Below, piece by piece: positions 12,560 to 24,565 of a stretch of DNA of 64,000 nucleotides. A program made the translations under genes and the position numbers. The notes under the pieces were generated by a model. It saw only the letters and a list, made by a program, of their open reading frames with translations. It ran no database searches and was not told the origin of the DNA. This stretch comes from Mobula hypostoma (lineage: Eukaryota). Where the stretch lies: the NCBI RefSeq assembly GCF_963921235.1, contig NC_086118.1, positions 29,142,001 through 29,206,000 of the forward strand, written 5' to 3'. Positions within the stretch are counted from its first letter, which is position 1. The number at the start of each line of letters is the position of its first letter.

Positions 12560-12915
12560 ACTGAATTCAAGACTGGCCAGAACATAAAAGATAATTAAAA
12601 CATAGGAACAGAATTAGGCCATTCAACCCATTGAAACTGCTCCACTGTTTCATGATGGCTGATTGATTATTCCTCTCGATCCCATTCTCCTGCCTTCTCC
12701 CTGTAACCTTTGATTCAAGGACCCATCAATCTCCATTTTAAATGTATCCAATTTTTCCTGCTCTCCTTCAAAATAGTCTGAGTGTTGATGGGACTTGTGT
12801 GTAATGTCTTGCCAAATTCGTACTACTTTGGAGTATCAGCCTGGTTATTGGGCATTGCTTAAATGCTCAGAATGAGATTTGACTACATGACTTTATGACT
12901 TAGAGCTCAGTGTGA
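12560..12915 (-). mobile_element. Deu-domain SINE 5' part, interrupted by a CR1 3' end (12580-12752, minus strand)
   Basis: ctggccagaac...ttttcctgctctccttcaaaatagt...tggagtatcagcctgg...tttatgacttagag resembles the DeuSINE core and head; the embedded piece is the reverse complement of a CR1 3' end. Confidence 0.55.
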
Positions 12916-15794
12916 TGTCTGTGACAGATGTCTGAAAATTTTAGGCTAGTGTTCTGATATTCTTTTGATAATATCTGTGCAGTCATTAATATTGTGGATG
13001 TTAGGGAAGGCATTGTTGAAAATCCCAAGCCATAGCTTCAACAGATGGGTTCCAAATGAGACTGACACTTATTCAGTGGACTTAGCCTGCCTCGGGTGGA
13101 TGATGTGGTTCCCTCAAAAGATTCTGCAGCTGTAGATGTGGTAGGTATCATAATATTGAAGGAACTAATTCAGCTACTAATGTAACCATTAGACAAAGAG
13201 GATTGGTTCTTTAGTTTTGTCATGAAAGCAGTGTTATTTGAGTTTTTCAACTTGATAGAGTAGAATAACATTTCATTATCAACTAAGTATTATCCAGTGT
13301 AAGTGAAAGATTAATTTTTTACACTTAGCCTTTAACATATATCACTTGGGTCAAATGTCTTATGATTTACTGAAGGGATTAATATGTAAGTATGAGAAAC
13401 TCTAATGCAACAGCAGTGGACTGGTAAGATTTATATGAAACCTATTATTATACTATTAGATATATAATGGAGTAAAATAAATATTAATTAGAGTCATACA
13501 AAGAGCTTATAAATGTAAAAACACCAGAAGGAAATATAAAAAGATTTAATTTTATTTATTTGTTTTGTCAATATGGCTATAAGGTTTTCCTTGGAAATTT
13601 CTAATTTACTCTGTTGTTGACATCCAATAGTATTTGCATCTATTAACCAGACAGCTTAGCGCTGTCTCTAAAACATTCCTGTTTACATTAGTTAATAAAT
13701 GGTTAGGTAAAGCAGTAGAATATATTCCATTCATGCTCTTCATACATCCAGATTAGTTTCTTACCACTACAGCTTTGCACAGGTACATGTGGAAGTTTCC
13801 TTGGTGTCTCTTCAGACACAAGTGGGATGCCAATCCATATTTAATGGTATTAAAAATATCAAGGCATCACATTTATATTTTTAAGCAACTTGAAGTAATT
13901 ATAGATAGCCCCAAGCACTTGTAAAATAATGGATAAAGACAGAATGTGTCAACAAGTAAATAACCTGTGAGCAATTTTAATAATGAATATGAGGCATTCA
14001 GAAAATTATTGAAACTTGCAGTATTCTCTATACACTTATCAGTTATCATTAATAAACTTGTTCAATGAATTACACAGTTCCAAAACATATTTTGACAGAG
14101 GAAGTAATCTGTAGTTTTTTTAAAGTCTTGTGGAACATGAGAAGGTTTCAGACATAGTGATTAGGCAAACTACAGCAATAATAGTTTTCAGCAGACCCCT
14201 ATACTTGTTACCTTATCTGTACAGAGGTCTACTCATATTTATAAGAAGTGCAGTCTTTCATCCACAAATAACATTTGGTGCTCAACACAATGCAACAAAA
14301 TGTTTGAGTACGAAGGTAACAATATCTTACTACTGCATTCTTTTGTATGATATGTTGGAGAAAACTCTGTACATGAATGTGATAGGTAAACATATGAACA
14401 AGCTGATAAAATCGTCCAGGGAGGTTTGCTGAGTCAAGATGAGGTCTTGCTCTTTGTGGCTTGGGAAGAAAGTAGGTCTGAAATAAATAGAGGAGATAGT
14501 TTAATTTTTTGGATTTGACTTGATTATATTTGGTAATTATTGAATTGCTATAAGAGGCATTGCCTCGGGCTATTATTGAGAGAGAATTTATAAATACGTT
14601 GATTTTACATGACATGAACAGAAAGGCCAAACAGCCATTTTTTCATTCAGTAGTGATAATTTTGGCTTTGGCCAAGTGTGCACAGTGAATGAAATTGGAT
14701 CATTTCTCCATTTCTCCTTTTCCCCAAACTCAATGTTCATTGAAGCCAGACTAAGTCTCGGGTATTGAAGTTTCAGGTCAGTAATTCCATTATTTCTTTT
14801 CCCACTCTGGCCCAATATCTCCTGACATCTTCATCATTTTTTTTTAATTTCAGTCTGCTGCAAACTTATATTTTTCTCCTTAAATGATTTCTGATTTTGC
14901 CATTTGTTCCTGTTTCTGAGCTTTGTGATTTGTTTCAAAGGTTACCAAAATGAGGTGAGCCTCCTTTGTACCTTTCCAAATAGCCCTTACCCAAAGTCAA
15001 AAACAGTTCACATAATTTATTAACTAGGATCACAAGATCAGGAAAAAGGCTTTATCTCTGTCTGCAGTATATTATAATAACCTGTTGCATTAATTGCAAT
15101 TGGCAGTTTTTGGTAGGTAGAACAGTAGAGAGATTATGTTAAATGTAAGGCTTAAAGATTTCTATTTAATACTTTGAAAACTCAAGAGATGATTCATGAA
15201 CTTCAAATTGACTTCTGCTAGGTCATCCTGTATTGCATCAAAATTCATCCTCTGTGCAATTTAAACATGTGTAAGAGATGAAGGGTTAGCAACAAGCAAA
15301 ATGATAAGACACATAAAGTTCTTATGCTTCTGCAGAAAAGCTGTGATTTAATTTATCTGGCTACACAGGATGATGGGCATGGGCTTGGATATTGTCCCAT
15401 ACCTCAAAAGCCACTTTAAATTGATGATGCATGAAATGGTGGAGTTGACGTATGATTTTTGAATAGGCCAAAAGCAACAAAAGACCATTACCATTACGAA
15501 ACCTGCAGAGGAAATCTGGGCCCAGGTTGCAGATCCGGGGCATATCTATGGAGTTTCAGGTTGAGAGAGGCCTGGAGTGGAGTGCTGGGGAGAGTCAGGA
15601 CTTCATTCAGGAGGAAATTCATAGCTTGGAATTTGTTAAAGCATAAGTGCATGAAGTTTATGGGACTGGTTGGTGGAGGAGCTAGGGGGTCGTGCAGATG
15701 GGCAACAAGACAATTAAACCAAAGTCCATAGAAAGGTGCCCACAGCAATTGCCAGAGTTTCATATAGGTGCTTGTTGAAAATAGGCCTCTCTAT

Positions 15795-15965
15795 ACCTTT
15801 TTGTTTACCTGAACTGCACTTTCTCTGTAGCTGCTCACTATATTCTGAATTCTATTTCCGTTTTACTGCCTTAACGTAATTATATATGCTATGATCTGCC
15901 TTGGTTGTGTGCAGCCAAAGGTGTTTCACAATATCTAGGTCCATGTGATAATAATAAGCCAATAA
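15795..15965 (+). mobile_element. Rex1/Babar-like 3' UTR fragment
   Basis: ctgcactttctctgtagctg...catgtgataataataagccaat tail. Confidence 0.45.
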
Positions 15966-16287
15966 TAATGTCCCAGGCTCTATGGTTAGGCTGACTCCCC
16001 ACTTATTTCACATGGAAAGCCTACTTTAGTATGATTGATTGCAAATGAATTCTGAGCAAGTAATATCGAAATATAAAAATCAGGCATAATGGGGATTATC
16101 CTGTTTGATAATCCTGGTGACAGTATGTTATGCTCGATGAGAAGAGGATCCACAGCACCTGTGTAAGCACCACTGCAGATTCAGAGAACATATTAAGACA
16201 TTGGGAGAGAAGTTTCATCCTAGAGTTTCTCTTACTAAATGGCTCCAGGTGCCAAGCTATTACATACTGACTGCCTACCTCTTTGAC

Positions 16288-16625
16288 ATTTATTTATTTT
16301 TATTTTTTATTTAGATATGCAGCATGGGTGTAGGCCCTTCCATCCCCAATGAACCCGTGCCACACAATTAAACCCATGTTCAATAGTTCAATCGTCCCAT
16401 TTAATATCAGAGACAATATACAACCTGAAATTCTTGTTCTTTGCAGACATCCCCAACAACAGAAGGGTGGCCCAAAGATTGAGTGTTAGAACACTGAAGT
16501 CCCCCCCACTAATTAATCTGGTGCCCTGTACATCTTCAGAACGTGGGAGGAAACGGAAGCAGCTGGAGGAAACCAGGCGACCGTGGGGAGAACGTACAAA
16601 CTCCTTACATACAGCAGTGTGAATT
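16288..16625 (-). mobile_element. V-SINE interrupted by a short retroelement tail (16378-16510)
   Basis: gtgggaggaaacggaagcagctggaggaaacc...acaaactccttaca is the V core on the reverse strand; the insert is homologous to 34139-34280. Confidence 0.7.
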
Positions 16626-16980
16626 TACCCCCTTATGACATTACTCCTTCTACATACAAAGTTTCACATCTATTTATTGGTCTTTCCTTGTATTTCACAC
16701 ATAAGAAAATCACATAAGCCAGTTTCTGTGTACACCTGGATGCTCTGCCACTTTTATATTTTCCAAATACTTACCATATCAGCCACTGTAGTATGAACAT
16801 AGTCACTCACATGATATTCAGGGTGAGCTTCAGATTTGGGCATGTTACATCCATGGGCTGCACCCGTATACAGCAAAGAGATGTTCATGTGTGATGCCAG
16901 TGGGTGAGTGTCATGATGACAGTGAGCAACAATGTGCAAGGGGCAGCCATGCTGACTGGCAGAACAACTGGCTATTTTTT

Positions 16981-17598
16981 TTAGATTATGAAGACACGCA
17001 GTCCTCTTTTATTGTCATTTAGTAATGCATGCATTAAGAAATGATACAATATTTCCTCCAGTGTGATATCACAAAACACAGGACAGACCAAGACTGAAAA
17101 AACTGACAAAACCACATAATTATAACACTTAGTTACAACAGTGCAACAATACCATAACTTGATGAAGAAGTCCATGAGTACAGTAAAAGTTCAAAGTCTC
17201 TCAAATGTCCCACATCTCACGCAGACGGGAGAAGGAAGAACTCTCCCTGCCATGCCGACCACAGTCCGACTCTGAGTCATCCGAAAACTTCGAGCTCTGA
17301 TCAGCTCTCCGACACTGAGTACTGAGCACCATCTCTGTCCAAATGATTCAACCTCAATCTCGGTCGCCAACCGCAGGCAAGGCCAGGGATTTTGAAGCCT
17401 ACCCTCGGAAAGATTCCCTATCACGCAGTAACGATAGCAGCGAACGAGCGTTTCAGAAATTTCTTCAGATGTTCCTCTGTGCTTTCACGTGCCTCTCCAT
17501 CAAATCAGAATTGTCCACGGCCCCTATTTAACGGATATGATATCATTTTTCACCAGAGGGTTGCGCATGCGCCGTGCGCTGCTCTCTTTCCTCCCGCC
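16981..17598 (-). mobile_element. Full-length non-coding retroelement, copy B
   Basis: Colinear with 9865-10536, with the same GGCGGGAGG 5' end, hairpin GAGGAC-TGCGT-GTCTTC and TAATCTAA tail. Confidence 0.85.
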
Positions 17599-20579
17599 GA
17601 TAATATTCAATATGTATAAGGAAGGATTTCATCAGGCGCTGATCTCTCAGCTTAAATATAGTCATTGGCAGCAATACTCCTGTCAGCCAATGAGGATTCC
17701 ATTCTTGCTTTGCGTGTTGGCTGTCCTAATAAGCACAAATAAGCTGAAGTTGTGTTCCCAAGCATGCCAAGTATGAGAAGAATTGTTCAGAGCCTGGTGA
17801 TCTACTTGGCGTATTGTCTTTCAACTTAAATCAGTTCAAATAATTTTCTCCAAGATGTAATTTTTAATAAAAAATCAAAAGTAGCAACTTATTAAATATT
17901 TTAAAAAGAAAACGAGTGTAACAGCTCTCATCAGTAGAAATGTGGTAAACTAGGTTTGACAAACCCAATATGCATCTTCTGGCTATCTATGAGTTGTGGT
18001 ATATTGTCACACATAAAGGTCTTCTGCTTCCAAACCCCACTTTATAAACAGTAACCCAGACTCCAACCATTCTTATGTTAAGCCACAAAATATGCAATCT
18101 AAAGTCTAATATTTTTCTTAGAACCTTATCCTCCGATTATTCCAAATCCATTTGAATTGGTGTATGTCTTGATCCTGTTCAATGTGTATCAAATATATAG
18201 CCCATTGGGTCTGGCATATAACATACTGTAATGTCGCAGAAGACAGAATTCCAACAAGTAAAAGTCTGTTTCAGACCTTGCATTTCCATTTCAACTCCCC
18301 CTGAAGACTGATTATAGACATGTTGCCTATGTGCACGGCACTGTTGAATTGTCCACGATACCCTAGTGCAGCCAGCTTCATATCCCCGAATTCTTGGGGA
18401 TTAAAATCTGCTGAGCTGTCCTTTTTTTTCATAACATGAGACCTAAATAGACAGCAGAAACGGTGTCCTGGTTGCTGCCCATTTTAATTTTAGAATTACT
18501 TGTTTATGTTTATAATGTTGTTCATGGCAGAGCCGCTGTCTGAGAAATGCACCACCAAAAAATCCCAAAACAAATCTCCTCCTCCAAAGTGTCTACTGGC
18601 TGCCTAAGTGTTATGGCCTGCAAAATCATTGCCTGCTGTGATATGGGGTGATATGGGCTGCTATGGGGCATCATGCTGGAATTCAACTGAAGTTAACTAC
18701 CTATGATCTGAATTAACACAAACTGATACATACTTACAGGCAAAAGCAGCTGTAGGTGCCAATTTAAATCAGATGCTCACTCACTAAAATGTGTAGAGAA
18801 TTTGGGAGTGCTGTGGTTTATGCCAGCATTTGCCTAAAACCAAGAAGCAGCATTTATTATTTGACATTTCAACAAATAAGAGGTCATATTTGTTCATTTG
18901 CTTAAGTTATAGTTGTCATAAATAAATCTATGACTTTTCACATGACAAGATTACTGTCTCAGAAGGTTCAATGCATTAATTCTAGCACTGGGCATAAATT
19001 TGATAAATATTTGCCATTAGCTAATGGAAAGGCATTCTTTAATTAAAATATCTTTCACTCCTAATAAGTACAAAATTAGTCTCCCAAAGATTCAGCTTGA
19101 ATCAATACGTCAATAAATAATAGCCACATGCACACCATGTACGATAATCATTTAATCAAAGATGCAATAATTCAATCTAAACAAAAACAGCAGAGGAAAA
19201 CAATATAATAAAAACAATTGCCAGCTATTTCTGCATCATGCCTGAGGACCTCTATTTCTGATTGACTGCATGATAGGTACAGAAATACATTAAATGTGGC
19301 ATATTTTATGTAAAAATGAAAAGAGTTTTAAAGACAATCAAAATCAAAATACTAATAACTAGGAAGCAGTATATGCTTCTATTGTCATTTGTAGAAGCAA
19401 ATTACTAGCACATATCAAGACCTAAAAAGGTACATTTGACGTCACTTCATTAAATCAGAGATAACAATGTTTAAAACCATTTGGTCCTTTTTATGCTTCT
19501 AATGTTCTAGAAATGAATTTGGAGACAATGTTACTTTTTTTTTAAAGCCAAGGAAATTTGGGGATTGATTTTAACATGCACATGTAATCCCATACTGAAA
19601 CACAAAGATGATGCTTATGGATTACCCCTAAATAACCTCCAAATTCAGAAGTGTTTTCCAGAGTGGCAGCCACTGCACAGCTACTGTTTTAGCCAAAGAG
19701 TTGGTTTGGTGGAGGATTTAACAGTTCACTGGTTATCTATATCTCAATGCTTTCTTTCTCGGCATTTGTGCTCCCTGTATCTCTACAGTGGCTTCCCTCT
19801 CTGCTCATGGGCATGATGGGTCAAAATGACTTATTCCAGGATTATAGGATTCCATATTTGATTGATAAAATAGTGAAAGTACCAAAGAAGAAATCCAGTT
19901 CAGAGGTTGTCAGCATAAGATCTCCATCCAAGTACAGTACTCACCTAGAAATACTCCGAAATGCTATCGTCAAAGATGAAGTCAAATTAGCTGAGTACAT
20001 TTTAATGTAAACAACTTAATAATTTCTTATACACTGAAAAATGTGAAAGCAGAGTGGATTTTTTCTGATGCTGCCTGTCCTGTTTGCAAGATGCTAACTG
20101 ATTGAAGAATTGGAAATGGCACTTCATGAGATATTTAAAATACCATTTTACTGCAATATTTTATATTATAAATATGAGCAGAATAATGCAATTCCACCCT
20201 CCATGCCTGCTCCATCATTCAGTAAGGTGTGGCTGATGTTTTACCTCAGCACAACAATCCTGCATAATTCCTCTATGGATTGATGTACTTAGTATCTAAA
20301 AAATGAACAATCTCTCAAGTCAATTACTGTACATCAGTGCTTTCAAAACCTGAGCTTAAGTTGAAATGGTAGCTCTGCTTCTTTTGCCAAGATGCTGCCT
20401 AGCCTGCTGTGCTTCCAGCATTTTCTGTGTTTACCTTGTCAGAACAAGCTAGATCATGTAAAACACAACAGATCCTCTCCTCATCATCATTCTATTCCAA
20501 TATCGTCCTCAAATGCAAATGTAATATTAGCTTCCTAACCCTATTTCTTCCAAAAACTCCTTTTGTGAAAGTATCACAG

Positions 20580-20840
20580 TCAGTAGGGATCATTTTTGGG
20601 TAGATGTTAAGATATTTCTGCTCGTGGAAGAGACTGAAACAAGAGGACATAGTTTGATAAAGGGGGGTGGTCAATTAAAACTGGGGTGCACTGGAAATGT
20701 TTCGTGCAGCGCTGCTGAATTTTTGCAATTCTCAAAAGGAGTTTGATTGTTGGAGGTATTTAAAGAGGAGGTAGAGAAATCCTCAAAAGATTGAGAAATT
20801 GAGGTACTAGCAAAGAAGGGAAGATAAGACCTCGAGAGAT
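20580..20840 (+). mobile_element. Degenerate CR1 3' fragment (an opposite-strand CR1 3' remnant lies at ~20170-20330)
   Basis: gatatttctgctcgtggaagagactgaaacaagaggacatag resembles the other CR1 3' regions. Confidence 0.5.
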
Positions 20841-20842
20841 CA

Positions 20843-21055
20843 GTTCAAAGTTCAAAGTTCAACATAAATTTGTTATCAAAGTACATATATATTACCATAT
20901 ACTACTGTGAGGTTCATTTTCTTTCAGACATTCACTATAGAACAAAGAAAAGCAACAAAATCAATGAAACACTACATACAATCAATAACTGATAAACAAC
21001 TATTGAGCAAAAGAAGAAAACCTGTGCAAATATACAAAACATAAATAATAATACA
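20843..21055 (-). mobile_element. Rex1/Babar 3' UTR
   Basis: gttcaaagttcaaagttcaacataaatttgttatcaaagtacatatat tail. Confidence 0.8.
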
Positions 21056-21571
21056 GCCTTTTCCTGCTCTTATTTTGTTATAAAGACCCAATCAGATACT
21101 CCACTTATTAATCCTTGTTGCTTTCCCTGCACTTCCTTCACTAAACACAAAATCATTAGGATATATTACAGAATCAACTGTCTAGCAAGATTGAAGAACT
21201 GAAAGAATAAAGTTTGAGACAAAAAATAGTACTAGAGAAGTTAGTTAAGGTTGAAAGCCACTAATTCCCAAAGATATGATGACCAATACCAAGAACTTTG
21301 AAGCTTTAGAGCTGGTGGATGCGTTGATTATTAACTTCCAAAGTTCGATGGATCCTGGAATATTTCTTGATAATTGGAATAACAAATGCAACCCCACTAT
21401 TTCCAATAGGAAGGGGGGATAAAAACAGGGAGATATTGACCTTTTAGCCAAAACATGGGAAAATGCTGAAATCTGTGATAAAGCATTCAACAGCAGAACA
21501 CCTTCAAAAGGAATAGAATTGAGCAGAGCTAGCATGGATTTATGAAAAGAAGCTGATGTTTGGCTAATCTT

Positions 21572-21749
21572 AAACATAAGAATTTCTGCTGGAAATCCAG
21601 ACTAACACACACAAAATACTTGAGGAACCCAACTGGTCGAGGAGAAGCTCTGGAGAGGAATAAAGAGTTGACAAGGGTCTCAGCCTGAAACATCAATTCT
21701 TTATCCTCTCTATAGATGCTGCCTAACCTTCTGAGTTCTGAGTTCTGTG
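21572..21749. mobile_element. Miniature palindromic Penelope insertion with a 15-bp TSD
   Basis: TGTTTGGCTAATCTT (21557-21571) and TGTTTGACTAATCTT (21750-21764) flank tail + inverted pLTR + pLTR. Confidence 0.8.
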
Positions 21750-23119
21750 TGTTTGACTAATCTTCTTTGAGGATGTGACTGGTGGGATAGATAGGGGGTA
21801 ATAAATGGATGTGTGTATTTTGGATTGTTACAAAGCACTTCATAAGATTTGTATAGAAAGTTATCAACATCCTAAGAGCATATGAGATTGCTAATGTGAA
21901 TTAAAAATTGGTTATTAGAAAAAAAAACAATTTGTAATGAATAGATTATTCTCAGGTTGGCAGCTGTGACTCATGAGGTATTCGTAGGATTGATGTTTTG
22001 GCCCTAGCTTTTCACAATCTATAACAACTCATTGACCAAAGGAAGCAAATGTCATGTTTCCAAGTCTACTGTCAGTATTAAAAACAGTTCAGCTTTGAGT
22101 ACAGAGTGGGGTGCAAACAGTCTTCAACTGGATATGGACAAAATGATGAAGTAGTTAAAGATGGAATACAGTGCTGAAAATGTGAAGTTATCTGCTTCAG
22201 TTCACGTAACTGGGAAACAGAGTACTTGTTAAATAAAGAGAGACAGGGTGATGTTGAAATGGACATAGGCATTCTTGTACATAATTCTTTGAAATACTTC
22301 ATGTTTAGGTCTTTAAGATCATATCTGAGGTAATCCATATAGTTTTGCTCTCTTTATTAGTAAAGCATGTACTTGACATAGAAGGAGTGCAATAAAGATT
22401 CACCATACTGGTTCTAAAAGATGGCAGGTTTGTCATTTGAGGAAAGGTTTAACAGACTGAGGCGATATTCTCTAGAATTAGATTGCCACCTGCTAATTGA
22501 CATGAGGACCAATAAAAATAGAGGATTAAAATGCATGGATCAAAGATCTGTGTGGGAGAAGTGGGTTAGAATTCATGGGACATTGGCACCAGTATTGTGG
22601 AAGGAGAGAGCTGTTCCAATGGCATGGGCTCCACCTGCTCCATGGTGGGACCAGAGTCCTGGGAAATTGTACAACTAGGCCTGTGGATAGGGCTTTAAAC
22701 TAAATAGTAATGGGGGAATAGGTTCAACAGATTGGAAAAATATGGACAAAGTAAAAGGGAAGAAGAGTGCAGGAGAAGTTACCAAAGACTCCAGAATAAA
22801 AAAAATAAGACAGAAACCTTAGAAGGATGAGGTAGAATCTGATTAAAACCAATTGAATATTGAAGTGCCTGGAGAAATGGGACTGGGAGAGGATGTTTCC
22901 AGTCATGACAATGTCTAGGACCAGGGAGCATTGCTTCAGAAGAAAAGTAAGTCCCTTTAGATAAGGAGGAATTCCTTTAGCCAGAAAGTGGTGAATTTGT
23001 GGCACTTTAGAGAGCTTTACAGGCTAGGTGGAGGGAAGATCTTTCCCCTGACTGAAGACTAGAGTACACAGTTTTATCATAAAGGGTAGGCCATTTAGAA
23101 CTGAGATAAGGAGAAATTT

Positions 23120-23993
23120 CATCTACTCTCATTACTGCGTGGCTAGGTACAGCTCAAATGCCTCCTATAAATTTGCTGACAACACAAATACTGTTGGCAT
23201 AATTTCAGATGGTGATGAGAGGGCATACAGGAGCAAGATATATCAGCTAGTTGAGTGGTGTAATGGCAACAACCCTGCACTCAGTGTTAGTAACACCAAA
23301 GAGCTGATAGTGGACTTCAGAAAGGGTATGACAAGGGAACACACACCAATCCTCAGAGGGATCAGAGTGAGCAGTTTCAAGTTCCTGCATGTCAATGTCT
23401 CTAAGGATCTATCCTGGGCCTAACATATTGATGCAACCACAAAGGAGGCATAGCAGCAGTTATATTTCATTAGGTGTTTGAGGAGATTTGGTATGCCACA
23501 CTTGCGAAAATCTATAGATGCACTGTTAAGTGCATTTGAACTGCCCGCATCACTATCCGGTATGGGGGGGGGGCTACTGCACAGGATGGAAATAACCTGC
23601 AGAAACCTATAAATTTAGTCAGCTCCATCATGGGCACCAGCCTCCATAGTACCCAGGACATTGTCAAGAAGTGATGCCTCAAAAAGAAGCCCATCACCCA
23701 GGATGTGCCTCGTTCTCATTGCTATCACCAGAAAGGAGGTACAGGAGCCTGGAAGCACACACTCAATGATTCAGGAACTACTTCTTCCCCTCTGCCATGC
23801 GACTTCTGAATGAATACTGCCGCAAGACTTTTTGTTTAACTTTTATTTTTGCACTATATATTTAATTTAGCTATTTAATATGTACTTAGTGTAATTCACA
23901 GGTTTTTTTCCCGTATTATTATGTGTTGCAATGTACTGCTGCCACAAAGACAAGAAATTTCATGACAAAAACCGGTGATATCTGACTCTGATC
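23120..23993 (+). mobile_element. Rex1/Babar LINE RT C-terminus + 3' UTR
   Basis: ORF 23139..23423 gives YKFADNT..VGIISDGDERAYR...WCNGN...TKELIVDFRK...FKFL; (TCTGA)-type tail. Confidence 0.85.
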
Positions 23994-24224
23994 TGGAGGG
24001 AATGAACTTTTGAAATCCTTTGCCAAGAAGGCAGTGGAGACTTATTAGTTGTGTTCATTCAAAACACAGACCAATGGGTTTAGCATATTAGGGTAGTCGA
24101 GAGGTATGAATGTGTACGGAAAGATGGTGCTGAGAAATCACATCAGTCATGAATTTGAGGAATAGCCACAAAGTCTCAAGGGACGAGGTGGACTACCACT
24201 GTCCCGACGTCATTTATTTTTATG

Positions 24225-24565
24225 TCCTCATGCTTCAATTTAAAATTCTTATTCCTAATTTCAAAATCTTCCATGTTCTTGCATCTGCTTACTGATTCTT
24301 CTTGTCCAGCTCTTCAGTCCTCATCACCTCTTAGCCTCCATTATCCATGGTTGCCAGGCTTTTAGTTGCAAGCTCCTTAGCTCTGGAACTCCAACTCTAA
24401 ACCTCTCCACCTCTGTTTCAGAAGTTCCTAAAAACCTATAAATGTGACCAATCTTTTATGTGGCTCAGTGTGAAATTTTGTGCTTTTGCCCCAAACAGTG
24501 CTCTTGCTAAATGCTTTGTTTTGCTACATTAAAGACACTACACAAACAAAAACTGTTGTTGTTTG
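24225..24565 (+). mobile_element. Old L2 LINE 3' end
   Basis: tttaaaattcttattcctaatttcaaaatc...gctctggaactcc...tacattaaagacactacacaaac...gttgttgtt. Confidence 0.5.

Larger units (their letters stand above)
21160..24225 (+). mobile_element. Degenerate CR1 ORF2 + 3' end hosting several later insertions
   Basis: Colinear with the CR1 at 42412-43842 (ttggaataacaaatgcaaccccactattt; gatgtgtgtattttggatt; tattctctagaa..agaaggatgagg); interrupted at 21572, 22478 and 23120. Confidence 0.7.

Noticed and set aside
16754..16939. Minus-strand exon ending at ATG|GTAAGT
   Set aside because: The acceptor is weak and the peptide resembles nothing I recognise.
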